The notes under the pieces: model-generated
Databases searched by the model: none
Seen by the model: the letters and a program-made list of their open reading frames with translations, nothing else
What the model was told of the DNA's origin: nothing
Position numbers and translations under genes: made by a program
Assembly: GCA_043228905.1 (NCBI GenBank)
Contig: JBHGNT010000015.1
Span: 15,066,001-15,130,000, forward strand
DNA: 64,000 nucleotides
Direction of reading: 5' to 3'
From: Azolla caroliniana
Taxonomy: Eukaryota > Plantae > Polypodiophyta
In this document: in pieces, positions 30,404 through 43,798 of the stretch
How positions within the stretch are numbered: position 1 is the stretch's first letter
How the letters are laid out: each line of letters begins with the position of its first letter

Positions 30404-33367
30404 TGATCTATGAGACTAACCCACGCCTTTTACGACTATGCTTTTGGAATTGCAATGGATACCCATAGAATGCGGGATTTGGCATAGAGGAGTTCACCGA
30501 TGACTCGGATATCACACTTCTTGTTGAAACGTGGGAGCATGATACTCAAAGGATTCAAGGTTTAGGAAACTATAATGTACACTCTTTGATATGGAAGAAA
30601 AATCCAAGACAAAGAAGAGGACAAGGAGGGGTGGCATGTTTGATTAAGAAGGAAATAGAGAAATATGTGTCAATCATAAAAAATGATGAAAATAAATGCT
30701 ACATATGGCTCAAAATAGAAACACCTAATGATTTGCCCACTTTTGTAATTGAATGTTACATTCCTAATCAAGATTCTAACTTTTATGCTTGTTTGGATAA
30801 AGATCAACCGTTTGCCAATCTAGAAGATGATATTGCTTATTTCAAATCCAAAGGGGAAGTTATTGTCTTTGGTGACATGAATGCTCGTACAAGAAGTTTC
30901 CAACTTGATTCACAAGAATCTTTCATGCCACATATCTCAAGGATGCAAGAGGATATGCAAATGTATAACCGCTCTTCTAGCGATGAAAAAGATCCGAACC
31001 AATTTGGGAAGTTACTCCTACAAATGTGCAATAGTACCGGATTGCTTATTGCAAATGATATTTCTTTATGGCCCAACACTAATGGTTTTACATGTAGAAA
31101 ACACAACGAAATAGTGTGATTGACTATGTTCTACTTTCCGAAGGTATTTTGGATCGTATACATAAATTCTCACTTGGTGAATGGACACCGGAATCCGATC
31201 ATAGGCCTTTATGTATTGATCTCAAATGTATGCATAGGTTTGATTGTGAGAAGGCTATTGAAGAGAATAAACAACCGCACTTGAGCATGAACCTTAAGCG
31301 AGCACCCATGTATTCCAAGATGGTTGAGGATATGCTACAAATGACAAAGATACAACATGGTGCTACACTAGAATACAAATGGGAAGCTTTCAAGAAAGTC
31401 ATTCTCTCATGTACAAACAAATGTTTTTCGACTAACCGCACATCTTGGAAATGCACCAAGAAACTTAGGAAAAAATGGTTTGATAAAGAATGTCGTGAAA
31501 CTCGAAAGTGCCTTATGGTTTTGGATGTAGTTAAGAATAAAGACAATTACCAAAAGCATTTGCATGAGTTTAAAAGGCTTATTCAAAGAAAGAGAAGAAT
31601 ATGAGAAGTTACTCAACAATTTATCCAAACGCAAGAGAAAGCACATGCATGTGCTAAATTTTGGGGAAATCTAAAGGGGAAACGTGTTGAGAGTTATGGT
31701 GACTTAACTCTTCAAGAATTGTCTATGCATTGTAAGAATTTATATGAGTTATCTCTTGCCGGAAAGATGATGTGTTATGGTTCTCTTTCACATATGCCTC
31801 CTTTCTTTACACTTGAAGATATATGCATAGGACTTAAGAAATTGGCCTCTCGAAAGGCAAGCGATCTTCAATGTATAAAGGCTGAAATGCTCAAATGGAC
31901 GGGAAAGGAAGCACATATATGGATGAGCGATATGTTTAATGATGCATTGCAACATGGTATGCCGTACGATTGGACTACAAATTGGATCAAACCTTTACAT
32001 AAAGGTGGAGATATAAATAATGTAAACAACTATCGAACCATCATGGAAGAACTTGAGGTGCCAAGTGAATATATGCTTGCAATTTCTCGAATTTATGAGA
32101 AGGTTATATGTTGTCTGCGCATGAGAGATAAACTTTCAGATTTTTTCAAAAGCACTATTGGTGTTAAGCAAGGATGCCCACTCTCACCAACACTATTTGG
32201 TCTATGCATTGATGAATTGGAAGAAATGGTTACCAAGTTTGCAAAGTAAGAATGTGTTGAAGAAGTTGCCATTGGGAATATTGTGATTATGCTTTTGCTA
32301 TATGCAGATGATGTAGTGCTTTTTGCAAATACTTTAGGAGATGCACAAAAGCTTATGAAGGCATTGGAAAATTTTTGCATGCATACTAAATTAAGTGTCA
32401 ATAGCTCTAAAACAAAGATTATGCTTGTGAAGAGCCAAAAAAGAGATAAACCATGCATTATGTACAACAATGAGCCACTTGAATGTGTGGAAAGCTTCAA
32501 ATATCTTGGCCTTGAAGTTCCGTCAAATCATAGATGGAATGAATGTGCTACACGCCGCTTAGAGGCAGGTAAGCGAGCATACTATGCATTTGAGAACACA
32601 TGCAATCTTGGAGATATTAAGTGTTGGGTCCTCAAGAAATATCTTTTTGACACTTTGGTGACTCTGGTTCTTCTCTATGGGGTGGAAGTAAGGGGCGGTA
32701 GCATCCCTAAATCTATGTGGAAAGAGTTTGAAAATGTCCAAAAGCATTTTCTTACCAAGTTTCTACAAGTTAAGAAACAAACACCCTACACCCTCCTCCT
32801 CCTTGAGACGGGATCGCTTCCTATTGAGATCATGGCCATGGAAAGGGTTGTTGAATACATGCTTAAGGTTCAAAAAAGTTCCTCACATCAACTTCTTAGA
32901 ATTGCGTGGGAAGCAAGCAAAAAGATCCAAAAGACGCATAAAAGCAAAATTTTGTGTTCCTGTTGGATGCAAGATATAGAAAAATGGTTTGGTAGATGAG
33001 ATGCGAGACACTTGCTTCATGATGCATCATTAGATTCTTTTGTAAATGAGGCATTTTTGCAATGCCAATGTATCATGACATGGGACAAATGTGGAGGCTC
33101 ATGCTTCACACATTATACTACACAAGTGATGAGAGTGGTCGATTATGCACACTTTGCCCTAAACAAGTTCGCGAGTCTGAGTATCACACTTTGATACAAT
33201 GCTCTGCCTTTGATCATATTCGACCATGCTTTCCACATCTCTTCGATCGAGCCCAATCTTTGCATGAATTCCTCTCACAACCACAATGTGCACTCTCGAT
33301 TGCAACATTCATTGGTAAAGTTCTTGAACATCGAGAGTCACTACTCACTTTCACACGTATCACGTGA
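30404..33367 (+). pseudogene. LINE ORF2 (APE endonuclease, RT, CCHC zinc finger)
   Basis: FWNCNG, VETW, GGVA, CYIP, FGDMNAR, IDYVL, SDHRPL; KPLHKGGD..NYRTI, GVKQGCPLSPTLF, LLYADD, FKYLG; CTLC...EYH...C. Stops, frameshifts and an internal RT deletion near 32046. Confidence 0.9.
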
Positions 33368-33437
33368 AATGTAATATTTTTGGTCTCATAGATCATATTT
33401 GACCTCTGAAGACGATAATATAATCTATCTATCTATA

Positions 33438-33469
<32 letters not shown>

Positions 33470-33470
33470 C

Positions 33471-33889
33471 ACTATCATTTTGTACTCGAGCGAGTTCTTT
33501 CTAGTGAAGTCGAACTTGAGCATGTTCTGACGGATCGACATGTTGCCGATATCTTCACCAAACCTCTCGGCCTAGACAAGTTGCGGCACTTTTCGAGTAT
33601 GCTTGGTCTACAACACCTCGACATGTCAAACTTGAGGGGAAGAAGTGAAAGCCAAAGCAAAGGCGAGAGGGAGAGGTGAGAGGGAGGGAGATGGTGTCCA
33701 AGAAGCCAGATTGGATGAGGAGTTCAAATCCGAAATGGTTGAAGAAGCTGAGGACGCATCAAACAAGAGAATAGGTGGAAAAAAATCGGCTAAGTATAGA
33801 CTAGCCAAATGCAGGGGGAGTAACTGAAAGAGAGCCAGAGCCGAAGCCAACCGAACAAGGGGGAGGTAGAGCCAAGAAAGGCAAGGCAG
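33471..33889 (+). mobile_element. Copia family A 3' fragment (RNase H end plus extension start)
   Basis: HFVLERVLSSEVEL..ADIFTKPLG..LRG followed by QEARLDEEFKSEMVEEAED; homologous to 9665-10110. Confidence 0.85.
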
Positions 33890-35469
33890 GTGGGATTTTT
33901 GTTCTTAGCCCTCTTTGCCCCAAAGTTTCTCCAACTCAAGGTAGATGTTGAAACCCTAAATCGATTCAAAGGTACATTCCACTTCTTCATTTTATTAGTA
34001 GTAAATATGCCAAAAGGAGTAAAAGTCAATGATGATGTGATTAAAAGCCCAAAGAATCAAATGCATACTTTGTCAATGGAAAAGATGGTAGCTATGTATA
34101 TATCTCATTGCAAGAGACATTGATGCATATGCAAAGTGAAATATATGCTTGTAAAGAGAGAATTAACTCTTCAACATACAATGGAAATGCAAAAAATCGA
34201 GATTAAAGATCTACGTGAAAACTACATGCAATCAAGAACATGACTATTCAAATGCAAGATAATCGGATGCTTGAAATAGAAAGAAAAATGTTGAGTCTTG
34301 AAGCAGATAAAGAGATTTTAATGAAGGAAAATGCTGAAATAAAATCTACAATTGAATGGAAGGAAAATGTGATCATGACAAGGTGGAAAGATGTTTTCTT
34401 GAAAGAAACATAAAAAATTGCGCAAATGCATTCAAATACCATGGATGTGGTAGATGCAAAAGAGCAATATGAAATTGAGAAAAACAAAGAATAATATTGT
34501 TATTAGCTTGCTATGCAAGAGAATGAAACAAAGAATGCATTATGTCTTGCAGAGAATATTACGAAACTCTTTGTATATCACTTTGTTATGCAAGATGTTA
34601 TTGTATATGGCGCATATAGGCTTGGCAAAAAAGCAACTAGAGGGAAAGTCATCTTAAACAATTGTTTGTAGAATCCTAGATGAACGTAAAAGGGCTATCA
34701 TTCTAGATAGTAATAAGGTGTACTTAAATGGGACAAGTTTCTTTGTAACGAAGCATAGAACTCCACAAGAGTAAGAACGTAGAAGGCAAGCATATGCATC
34801 TAGGAAAGCAAATCAAAATGTATAGCAAGCAACGATCTCTAGGACTATAAATACTTCAAGACTGAAAGTATGCAAATATGACGACTATAAGAGATACATA
34901 TGGATAGAGATTAATTTGGGAAAAGAGAAGCTTTACATAGTTGCATGTTACATTCCTCACAAAGACTCAAACTACTATAGTAGGATTGAGTTAGATTGTG
35001 ATGATCCTTTCACATAATTATGTCATCATATACCTTCATTTGAGAAGCTTGGTAAAGTGTTAATTATGGGAGACTTCAGTGCAAGAGTTAAAAATTTCCA
35101 AACTGTGGAGACATTTGAAGAAAATGTAGTAGAACGTCGTCTATTGTGTGACTCAAAGGATTGTGTCATGTCATATCATGGAAAACTTTTGATACATATG
35201 CTACATTGCACAAACTTGATTATCTTAAATAGTATATAGGCATCCCTTGACAAATGTACTCACATGTTTACCATCCTCGGGTGTAGGAAGTGTGGTTGAT
35301 TATGCATTAATATTGGCATGTGATCTATTCTTGGTAAATGTGTTTAAAGTTAGTTCTCTATCTCTGAACTTAAACCATATGCCATTGTACTTAGAGCTTG
35401 CAATTCCAAATTTCATCAATAGATGCCGAGGAGTGAGGCCGTTAGTGCGGAACAGAAAACAACATCATA
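33890..35469 (+). pseudogene. Old LINE 5' part (ORF1 plus endonuclease remnant)
   Basis: WIEINLG..LYIVACYIPHKDSNYY, LIMGDFSAR, GSVVDYAL, NHMPLYL; parallels 29527-31230. Confidence 0.75.
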
Positions 35470-37891
35470 TGTTGAAGGACAACAAGTTGACGTACTCAAG
35501 ATCAACAAGAAGAACAGATTATGCAACAAAGACAACTTGAGCAAAGATCAAGATCAAGATTCAAGAAAACAATAGGGAGAGAGAGACATGTAAACATGCA
35601 CAAAGTTGTAACTATATTATTCATATCTCAAGTTACAAAATGTAGAAAGATACATATGCCTGAAGCTTATGTGCGAACATAGTCGGCTCGGCTGGACAAC
35701 AGAAAGTAGATGGTTAGGAAAACACACATAGAGAGAGAGATAGACAAACAGACAGAGTTAAGTAAACAACTACAACTTCAATTACAAAAAACTTTGTTCT
35801 ACATACAAATGTGCTCAGTGAACTTTTTATATAAGCCCTAATTGAGAGTTGACTATTACTAACACGTACTTGTTTGCTCATTAATTGATACCAACAATAA
35901 TTAACCTATAGTAGGCCTATTTACTAAAATTATAGCCATCTAGGCTTCCTAACAGCTAGCCGATTCGGCCTAGCAACTGATTCGATTCACGGCTTATTCA
36001 ACCGATTCGGGCCTAGCAGATCGACCTATGTCCGATCTAGCTTCCGGCTTATTCAACCGATCGGCCCATGTTGAGCTTGTCTACTCAACACTCCTCCTCA
36101 AGCTCAACTTGAGGTCAATTCCATGTGTCAGCTTCCCGGTTCTAGCCTCCGACTTTCTTGGTGTATTCATGCCTTGCTCGCGCTCCTCGTCTAGTTTGGT
36201 CCCGCGTCCCACGACCCCTCTGGTCCAACACTCCTTGACCCATATGGTTCCTCGCTCCTCGACCCCTACGGTTGGCTCGTCTGCTCTTCAGGCCCTTATC
36301 AGCTCCCTCGTGGTCGCGACACTAATGCCCTTCAACCCATCGGCTCCTCCATATCGACGTCGGCTTTGATTGCCTCCTTGTCTACTTTGCCTTATCCATC
36401 TCATCAAGATCACTACCTTCAATCGGATCTATTGTCTCTGATCCGTTCCCGCTCTTGATTGAATCAGTTGTCTCTGATTCGTCCTCCTTCAGGCCCTTGA
36501 CCACATTTGACCACATCTTGGGCTTGGCCTTCATCTTTAGGCTGGTTGTGCCTTCTTGGCTTTGCCACCTGCCTTTCCTTTTTCGGCGCTACCTCCCCCT
36601 TGTTCGATTGGCTCTAGCTCTGGCTCTCTCTTTCGGACGCTCCCCCTATTCTCTTGTCAGATGCGTCCTCGGCTTCTTCAGTCGTTCCGGATTTGAACTC
36701 CTCATCCGATCCGGCTTCGTGGACACCATCTCTCTCCCTCTCGCCTTTGCTTCGGCTTTCACTTCTCCCCTCAAGTTCCACATGTCAAGGTGTTGTAGAC
36801 CAAGCATACTCTAAAAATGCCACAACTTATCTAGGCCGAGAGGTTTGGTGACGATATCAACAACCTATTGATCCGTCGAAACATGCACAAGTTCGACTTC
36901 ACCAGAGAGAAATCGCTTGTACAAAATGATAGTGCACCTCAATGTTTTGTGTACAAGCATGGAAGATGAGGTTCTTCACTTGTTGAATGTTGCTAAGATT
37001 GTCACAGTATATAGTTGTCTGTTCAGACACCTCCACCTGCAGATCCCTTAATAACCGCTTGAGCCACATGGCTTCTCATGTCGCAATAACCGCTCCTTGA
37101 TATTCGGCCTCGGTGCTCGACAGTGCCACTGTCGGCTGCTTCTTATTGCTCCAACCAATTGCGACACTTCCAAGGGAAAACACATATCCAGATGTTGACC
37201 TACGATCACCGACATTTCGGACCCAATCGGCATCTGTGTAGTCAACCAACAGTTCGACTACACCGATCCGATTCATCAACTCCCCATCATTAAGCCGCTG
37301 CCATATCGCAATATTCTCAGTGCGCACTAAAGGTGGTCGGTGGCCGGTTGTGCCATAAATTGAATGATCAATCTGACTAGATAGTTGAGGTCTGGCCGGG
37401 TGATGGTCAAGAATATCAGGCTTCTGACTATTTGTCGGAATTGTGTCAAGTCGCACGTCGTTCCTGATTTGGGGCGGAACTTGACATTCTTGTCAAGAGG
37501 AGTCGCAACGGAATTGCAACCTGTCATTCCGAACTTGAAGAGGATACTCGACACATAATGCCTTTGGCTGATTAGTATGCCCTTCGGGGTGCGGATCAAT
37601 TCGATCCCAAGGAAGTAATGAAGGTCCCCAACATCCTTCACGTCAAATGATGCAGTAAGCTGGGACTTCACATGGCCGATTTCTTTGAAATCGGCGTTGA
37701 CGATGACCAAGTCATCCATATATAGCAGTATGCTTACCAACCGTTGTAACCTTGCTAGATGAACAATGATGAGTTTAACTTCGACAGAACAAACCCCATC
37801 CGATGCAATCTTTGTGTGCTCTTTGCATTCCAAGCTCTGGGGGGTTGCTTAAGTTTGTAAAGCAACTTCTTTAGTCGGCAGACGGCCACCA

Positions 37892-40800
37892 TGTTGATTC
37901 TTGTTCCACACAAACTGCTAGCACCAACATCTATCTCGATGCCTATTTCAAGCCATATAGACTCGTCTTGAGTCTGCAGACTAGATGTTCCTGGCCGGAT
38001 ACCACAAAGCCTTTCGACTGCTCCATATAAATTTCCTCCTCGAGATCACCATGGAGGAAAGCCATTTTAACATCAAGCTAAATCAGCTCCAAATTCTTGG
38101 CTGCTACGACGCCAAGCATAAAGCGAAGGGTTGTCATTTTCACCACTGGTGAAAAGATTTCGTCGAAGTCGACGCCATGTTCTTGTCGAAACCTTTTCGC
38201 TACCAATCTGGCTTTCAATTTTGGGGTGGTCGAATCGGACGTCTCTTTTAATATGTAGATCCTCTTACACGGAAGAGCATGCGTCAATTCTTTGGTAATT
38301 CAAGTCTTGTTTTACCGAATGGTGTTCATCTCCAACTCCATCGCTAGATGCCAAGTGGCGGAATCGGCTGATGCCGATGCTTCTTCGTATGATTTCGGTC
38401 CGTTGACGTCTGTGAAGAAGACTCCAAGAGAATACCTCTCTGGGGGCTGCGACAATCTCTCGGATCTTCGAGGCAAGATTGGGCTAGTTGCATCAAGTTT
38501 CAGAGTCAGATGTTCCAAAGCTTAATCATTCGGTTGTACTGAATCGGTCGGTGTTGAGTTGCTACTAGAGGATTCGGCTACTTGTGAAGCCGACCTTGTG
38601 TTATGGGTTGGGCCGTCATGAAAGATTGGCACTTCAAAAAAGGTTACCCTTCGAACTTCAATGGTAGGCCTTTCGTTTGTCTTATGCATAGCCGACTCAT
38701 TGAACACTACGTCTAAACTTCGGACGATTTGTCTGTGCTAGGGGTCCTAGAGTCGGTATCTGCCATAACCAAGGAAAATGCATTTCCTAGACCTTGGTTC
38801 AAGTTTTCAGCGATCGTCCTTCGGTATGAGGGCGTATGCCTCACATTCGAAAATCCTCAGCTTGTCGTAATTCGTCTTACTACTGGTCCATAATTCCTGA
38901 GGGAGGCCTACTCGGCGATATGTTGATTATGTGTACTGTAGTAAGTAAGGCGTCTGCCTAGAAGCCATCCGAATGTCTGGAGTGTTGGAGCATGGATACT
39001 ATTCGTTCCTGAATTGTCTAATTCATGCGCTCGGCAAATCCATTCTGCTCCGAACTATGAGGTGTCGTGTATTCATGTCTAATGCCGTGATGTCATCAAA
39101 ACCTGATGAATTCTTCAAACTTATATTCTCCCTCGTTGTCGGTTGGAAGGCATTTCAACTTTCGGCCCGACTAATTTTCGACCATAACGAGCCATTCCTG
39201 GAAGATCGAGAACATACGATATTTGGTTCTGGCCGGATATGCCCACACCTTCCTAGTCGAGTCATCAATGAAGATGACAAAATAGAAGGCACCACCAAGA
39301 GACTGATGTGGCATAGAGCCACAGACGTCTGAATGGACCACCCTTCTGATGAGAAGCTAGCATGGATGCCATATTCGTCAAGTTGTCCGACTGAGATCAG
39401 TGGTCGTGAGAGCTCAGGTACATGTCAGACATTATGTAGTACTAATGTAGAGCCACCCAGAAAGTTAAGCTCTAGTGTGCCAATTGCAATTATAACGCAA
39501 TGTTGCAAACTTTCGACTTAGACTGAGTCCGAGTGCTAGATCGATGAGCTGTCACATTGTAGGAGACGCCCGAAGCCAAGAGCAATGTGCTTGACTCTTT
39601 AGTCGAAAGCAAAACTTCTGATCCGATTGAGTTCTCTATAAAGAGGATGTTCGGGTCGTCTATCAGTACTTCGGCTGACAAGCCGATGTAGTTGACCTCC
39701 TCATGCCAGCCACCCTTCTGATCAGCTCGCTAAGCTTTATCATTCTTTTCTTTGAGTGTGTGGGAATCGGTCTTGAGGTGTCCGTGTTTCTTGCAGTAGT
39801 TGTATATCCGATTGTCTCGAGACTTGCTCCGGTTTCACATATTCGTCGGAGGTTGGGAAGAACTTCTTCCTCGACTGTTCAGTCGGTCGGCCGAACCTTG
39901 TACTACATAAGGGTCGTTAGCTGAATCGTTTGCAAACGATTTCCTCCAAGCTGCCTCAGTCAGGATTGAGCTCGTGACTTTGGAGTACTTCACGAGTACT
40001 TCACTACAACAGTCGACACATTGCACATAGTTGTAACAAAAGTTTCCTATGAAGGGGGAGACTACTCATGAGTAGCATTGCTTTTCGTTCATCCTCTATC
40101 GTCGTCCCCTAGGCCAAAATATGGGTGCTTAGATTTTCGTACTCGTTCAGGTGTGCCTAGACCGAATTAGATTCTTTCATCCAAAGGTTGTAAAGGCGCC
40201 AAGTCAAGTATTTCTTTGTTGCAGTGACCTTCTTTTCGTAAGTGCCCGAGAGTGTCTTCCCGAGTTGGAAGGTAGTCGAAGACGAATGACTATGAAATAC
40301 ACTGACTCCGACAAGTGCATCCAAATGGTGGCATAGACGATTCTATTGAGCTTGTATCCTTTAGGGGCGTTTTATGTCTCAATTGGATCGATCTAACCCT
40401 TGACTATTAGATAGTCCTGCATCTGCTCCTTCTAGAAGTTGAAGTTTGATCCATCGAACTTCCTTAGAGTCACCTCTGATGAGCCAAATATTGATACCAT
40501 TTGAGTCTGTTTACTAGACTCTGTCTGGAGTCGACTACGAAAAATGATGGTATTCAGCCAACTGGCTCACCCGATGTCATTCTAGTCATATTTGGTCACG
40601 AGTCGAATTTATTAGCAGGTTCTGTCTCAAGCGGCTACAGTCGATCGACTTAGCCAAGTTGAACACGAATGCGTTGATTGATTAATTGATTGGATTTCTG
40701 TTACCAGATGTTGTTGCCAGCCGTCTGTGTGGAACAAGAATCAACACTCTTCCTGATGAATATCTTAGAGAGGTAGCAGATAATAACAAATTGGTAATAT

Positions 40801-41059
40801 AAGACAACTGAATCATAAGACACAAGAGCAAGAGAGACAATAAGATAGGCACAAGCAAGATGTAAATGCATATTATTCTTGGAGAGTTACAATAGAACAA
40901 TATACAAAATGAACAACCCTCAAACTAGGTTACAAAAGTTAGTTTAAATACTAACTGACTTAGGGCAACTACCCTTTCCACTATTTACATAAATAGCCTA
41001 AACCTAGTATGTCCAAATGGGACAATGTGAATATGGTCAATATATACCCATATTCGACA
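37892..41059 (-). mobile_element. 3'-truncated Tork/Tnt1-like copia (older relative of 47760-53222)
   Basis: 5' LTR 40709-41059; degenerate PBS TGGTAACAGAAA; gag-int-RT fragments (PKLKARLVAK, DATSPILPRRSERLSQPPERYS) nearly collinear with 48244-52260. Confidence 0.85.
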
Positions 41060-43798
41060 CGACATGTTCAATACGGGAAGTTGCACCATGTACACCTATT
41101 CCTCAAGATCTCCTTGTAGGAATGCGTTCTTCACATGCATCTGATGTAGGTGCCATCCCTTCTTCACCACTACAGCCATCAGCACCTAGATGTTTCTCAT
41201 CTTGGCAATCAACGCGAATGTCTCATCATAGTCAATGTCAAGTTTTTGCGTGTAGCCCTTGGCCACCAATTGAGCCTTGTACCAGTTGACAGAGCCGTCA
41301 GAGTTGTACTTCACTTTGTATACCCACCGACATCCGATCAGCTTCATACCCTTGGGGGCATCAACCAGGTCCCATGTGTCATTCTCCATTAAGGCGTGCA
41401 TCTCTTGCTCCATTGTGGCTCGCCAATTGGCGTCCTTCTTTGCCTCTGTGTAGCTCTCCGGCTCACGCACTTCCGCCACCTTCTCCATATACGAATAGTG
41501 ATGCCCCATGTATTCATTGTACTCATACCGGATTATTGGGTTCTTCTGGCAGGTGGATCGGCGCAACTTCTAGTTCGCTGATCTCATGGCCCTCTTGGCC
41601 GACTCTGACCTCAATTCCAGATGTCGATATTCACTCCTTGGCACGTCGGATTCACTCTGATCCAATGTGCCGGCCTCTGTGCCGTATCCAAGCATCTTTA
41701 CCTTCCCCTTCTCCTTGCGTGTAAGCTGTCTCCTCGGCTTCTAGCACGAAGACTGCACCGCTAAATCTTCCTACTCACCGGCTCTTCATTCGGTTGGCCG
41801 TTCCGGCTCAACTCCTCATTTGGCCCACTTAGCCTAAATGAGATCGGACTCTCCGCTAGAGTTCCAATTTCTTCTTCTTCATCCAGGGGCATGTCGGCCT
41901 CACTGGCCTCTTCCTCAGAATTCGACATGGAGTCCATGAGGTGCGGATAGGTTGGAGATTGATACCAAGAAGCTGATTCATCGAATAGGACATCGCGGCT
42001 AACTTGAACATGTTTCATCGGGGGGTTATGACACATAAAACCCTTCTACTCATATGAATAACCGACCAGAATGCCCTTCTCAGCTTTGGCATCTAGCTTC
42101 CTCCACTCACTCCTTCAACACATGCACATATGTTATGCTACCGAACACCCTCAAGTGTGCCAGATTCGGTTTCGTCTCGAAGTAGAGGTCGTGTGGCGAC
42201 ACTCCTCCATATGCAAATGTCTGATTCTACAGGTATACAATCGTCTTGACGGCTTCTGCCCAGTAGAACTTGGGCATATGATTCTCTTCAAGAATTGCCT
42301 TGTCCGGTTCTTCCACTCGGCCACACCGTTCTACTCTGGTGTGTATTTGCAGGAGAATTTGCGGCAAATTCCCTCCTTCTGCAGATAGCTTGAGAATTGG
42401 CCGGAAAAGTACTCTTTTCCGCCATTGGTCCGGAGGCACTTGATCGTCCGTCCGGTCTCCCGTTTGGCAAGGCTATGCACCTTAAGGAAACAATTTTTCT
42501 CTTCTTCTTGATCAAGCACGCCCAGGTGTGTTGAGTGTAGTCATCAATTAACTTTACAAAGTAACGACTCCCACCGATGCTCACGTACATTCTGTGCCGG
42601 TCCCCACACATCCAAATGGATCGAATCAAGCTTATTTTGGCTCCGATTATGTTCATTGGGGAATGAAAGCTGGTGCTACTTCCCGAACTAACAGGCTTCA
42701 CAGACTTGGCCCTTCCGGCCACTGAATTTCGACAAGCTGGAAATGATATTCTTTGTCTATATTTCTCGAAACCGCAGGAAGTTGATTTGGCCGAACCACT
42801 TGTGCTAGAGGTTGATGTCCAACTCAACCTTTTTCCTTTTGGGGAACATAGCAGTGTCGTGTTGTTACGCTTTCACGTATGAAATAAGGCGGGACCGTGG
42901 GGCCCTGAACCGAGGAGCAGGAGAGATGAGAGGGAGAGAGATTCGCAGACAACACAGAGAGACAAAGAAGAGAGAATCAATTCCAAATCAGTATAGATTA
43001 CAGAGCTTGCAATGTTAAAACCAGCAAGCCGGTGACAGACTCAGCACAGACGAACACGCGCGTTGAAATACATGGTGGAGCCTCTACCGGAAGCACGCGG
43101 TGTCGAGGTATTCCTCGCGGATGCGTGGAATGAGGCGGGACCTCGGGGGTCTTGTACCGAAGAGCAAGAGAGAAAGGAGAAGGGAAGAGGTCCACTAGGT
43201 GCGAGCGTAGATCCACAGGGACACGGCCCTTCGACACGAAGACGCGAGCGGGAAACCAACACAGAGAGGCACGAAGGAATGTATGTGTATATTAACAGAG
43301 ACAAACAACAAAAACATGAAGTCGGTTACAACCGAACAGGCCGGCGAACAGGTGTCGATGCCTGTTCGTAAACGCACAGAAAGAAAGAAGTAGGTTGGAG
43401 GTGCTGCCGGAAGCACTCGGGCATTCCTCAGAGCAGCGCGAGCCTCCCGAAACCTGCACAGAAGGAAGCTATGGAGTTTGGAAGAGAGAGAAGCCTTCGG
43501 CCCACAATCTGACAGCACTTCGTCCTCTCTTACTTCGCGATCCCGCGCCCCTCCTCGTCTCCCTCCTTTTATAAGCAAGGAAGGAGCCGTTTCCCATTAA
43601 CTCCCTACCTACCAAATCTACTTGCCTAGGATCTTCTATGTACAACATAAGGCGCACGTGTATGAAGAGCCGGTTCCTACGCTCCGGTGCACCGATTCCG
43701 CTTGTGGACAATTTTCTTCACGACATCTGCCCCCACCTAACCGCGCATCCACTGACATGCACCAAATTGAGTCGGGACGGAGAAAACCGGTCCAGCCT

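Larger units (their letters stand above)
29263..33440 (+). mobile_element. Near full-length LINE (RTE-X-like), with disabled ORF2
   Basis: ORF1 plus ORF2 (APE-RT-zinc finger); 3' end GACGATAATATAA followed by (CTAT)n/(CT)n. Clade assignment inferred from architecture. Confidence 0.85.
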
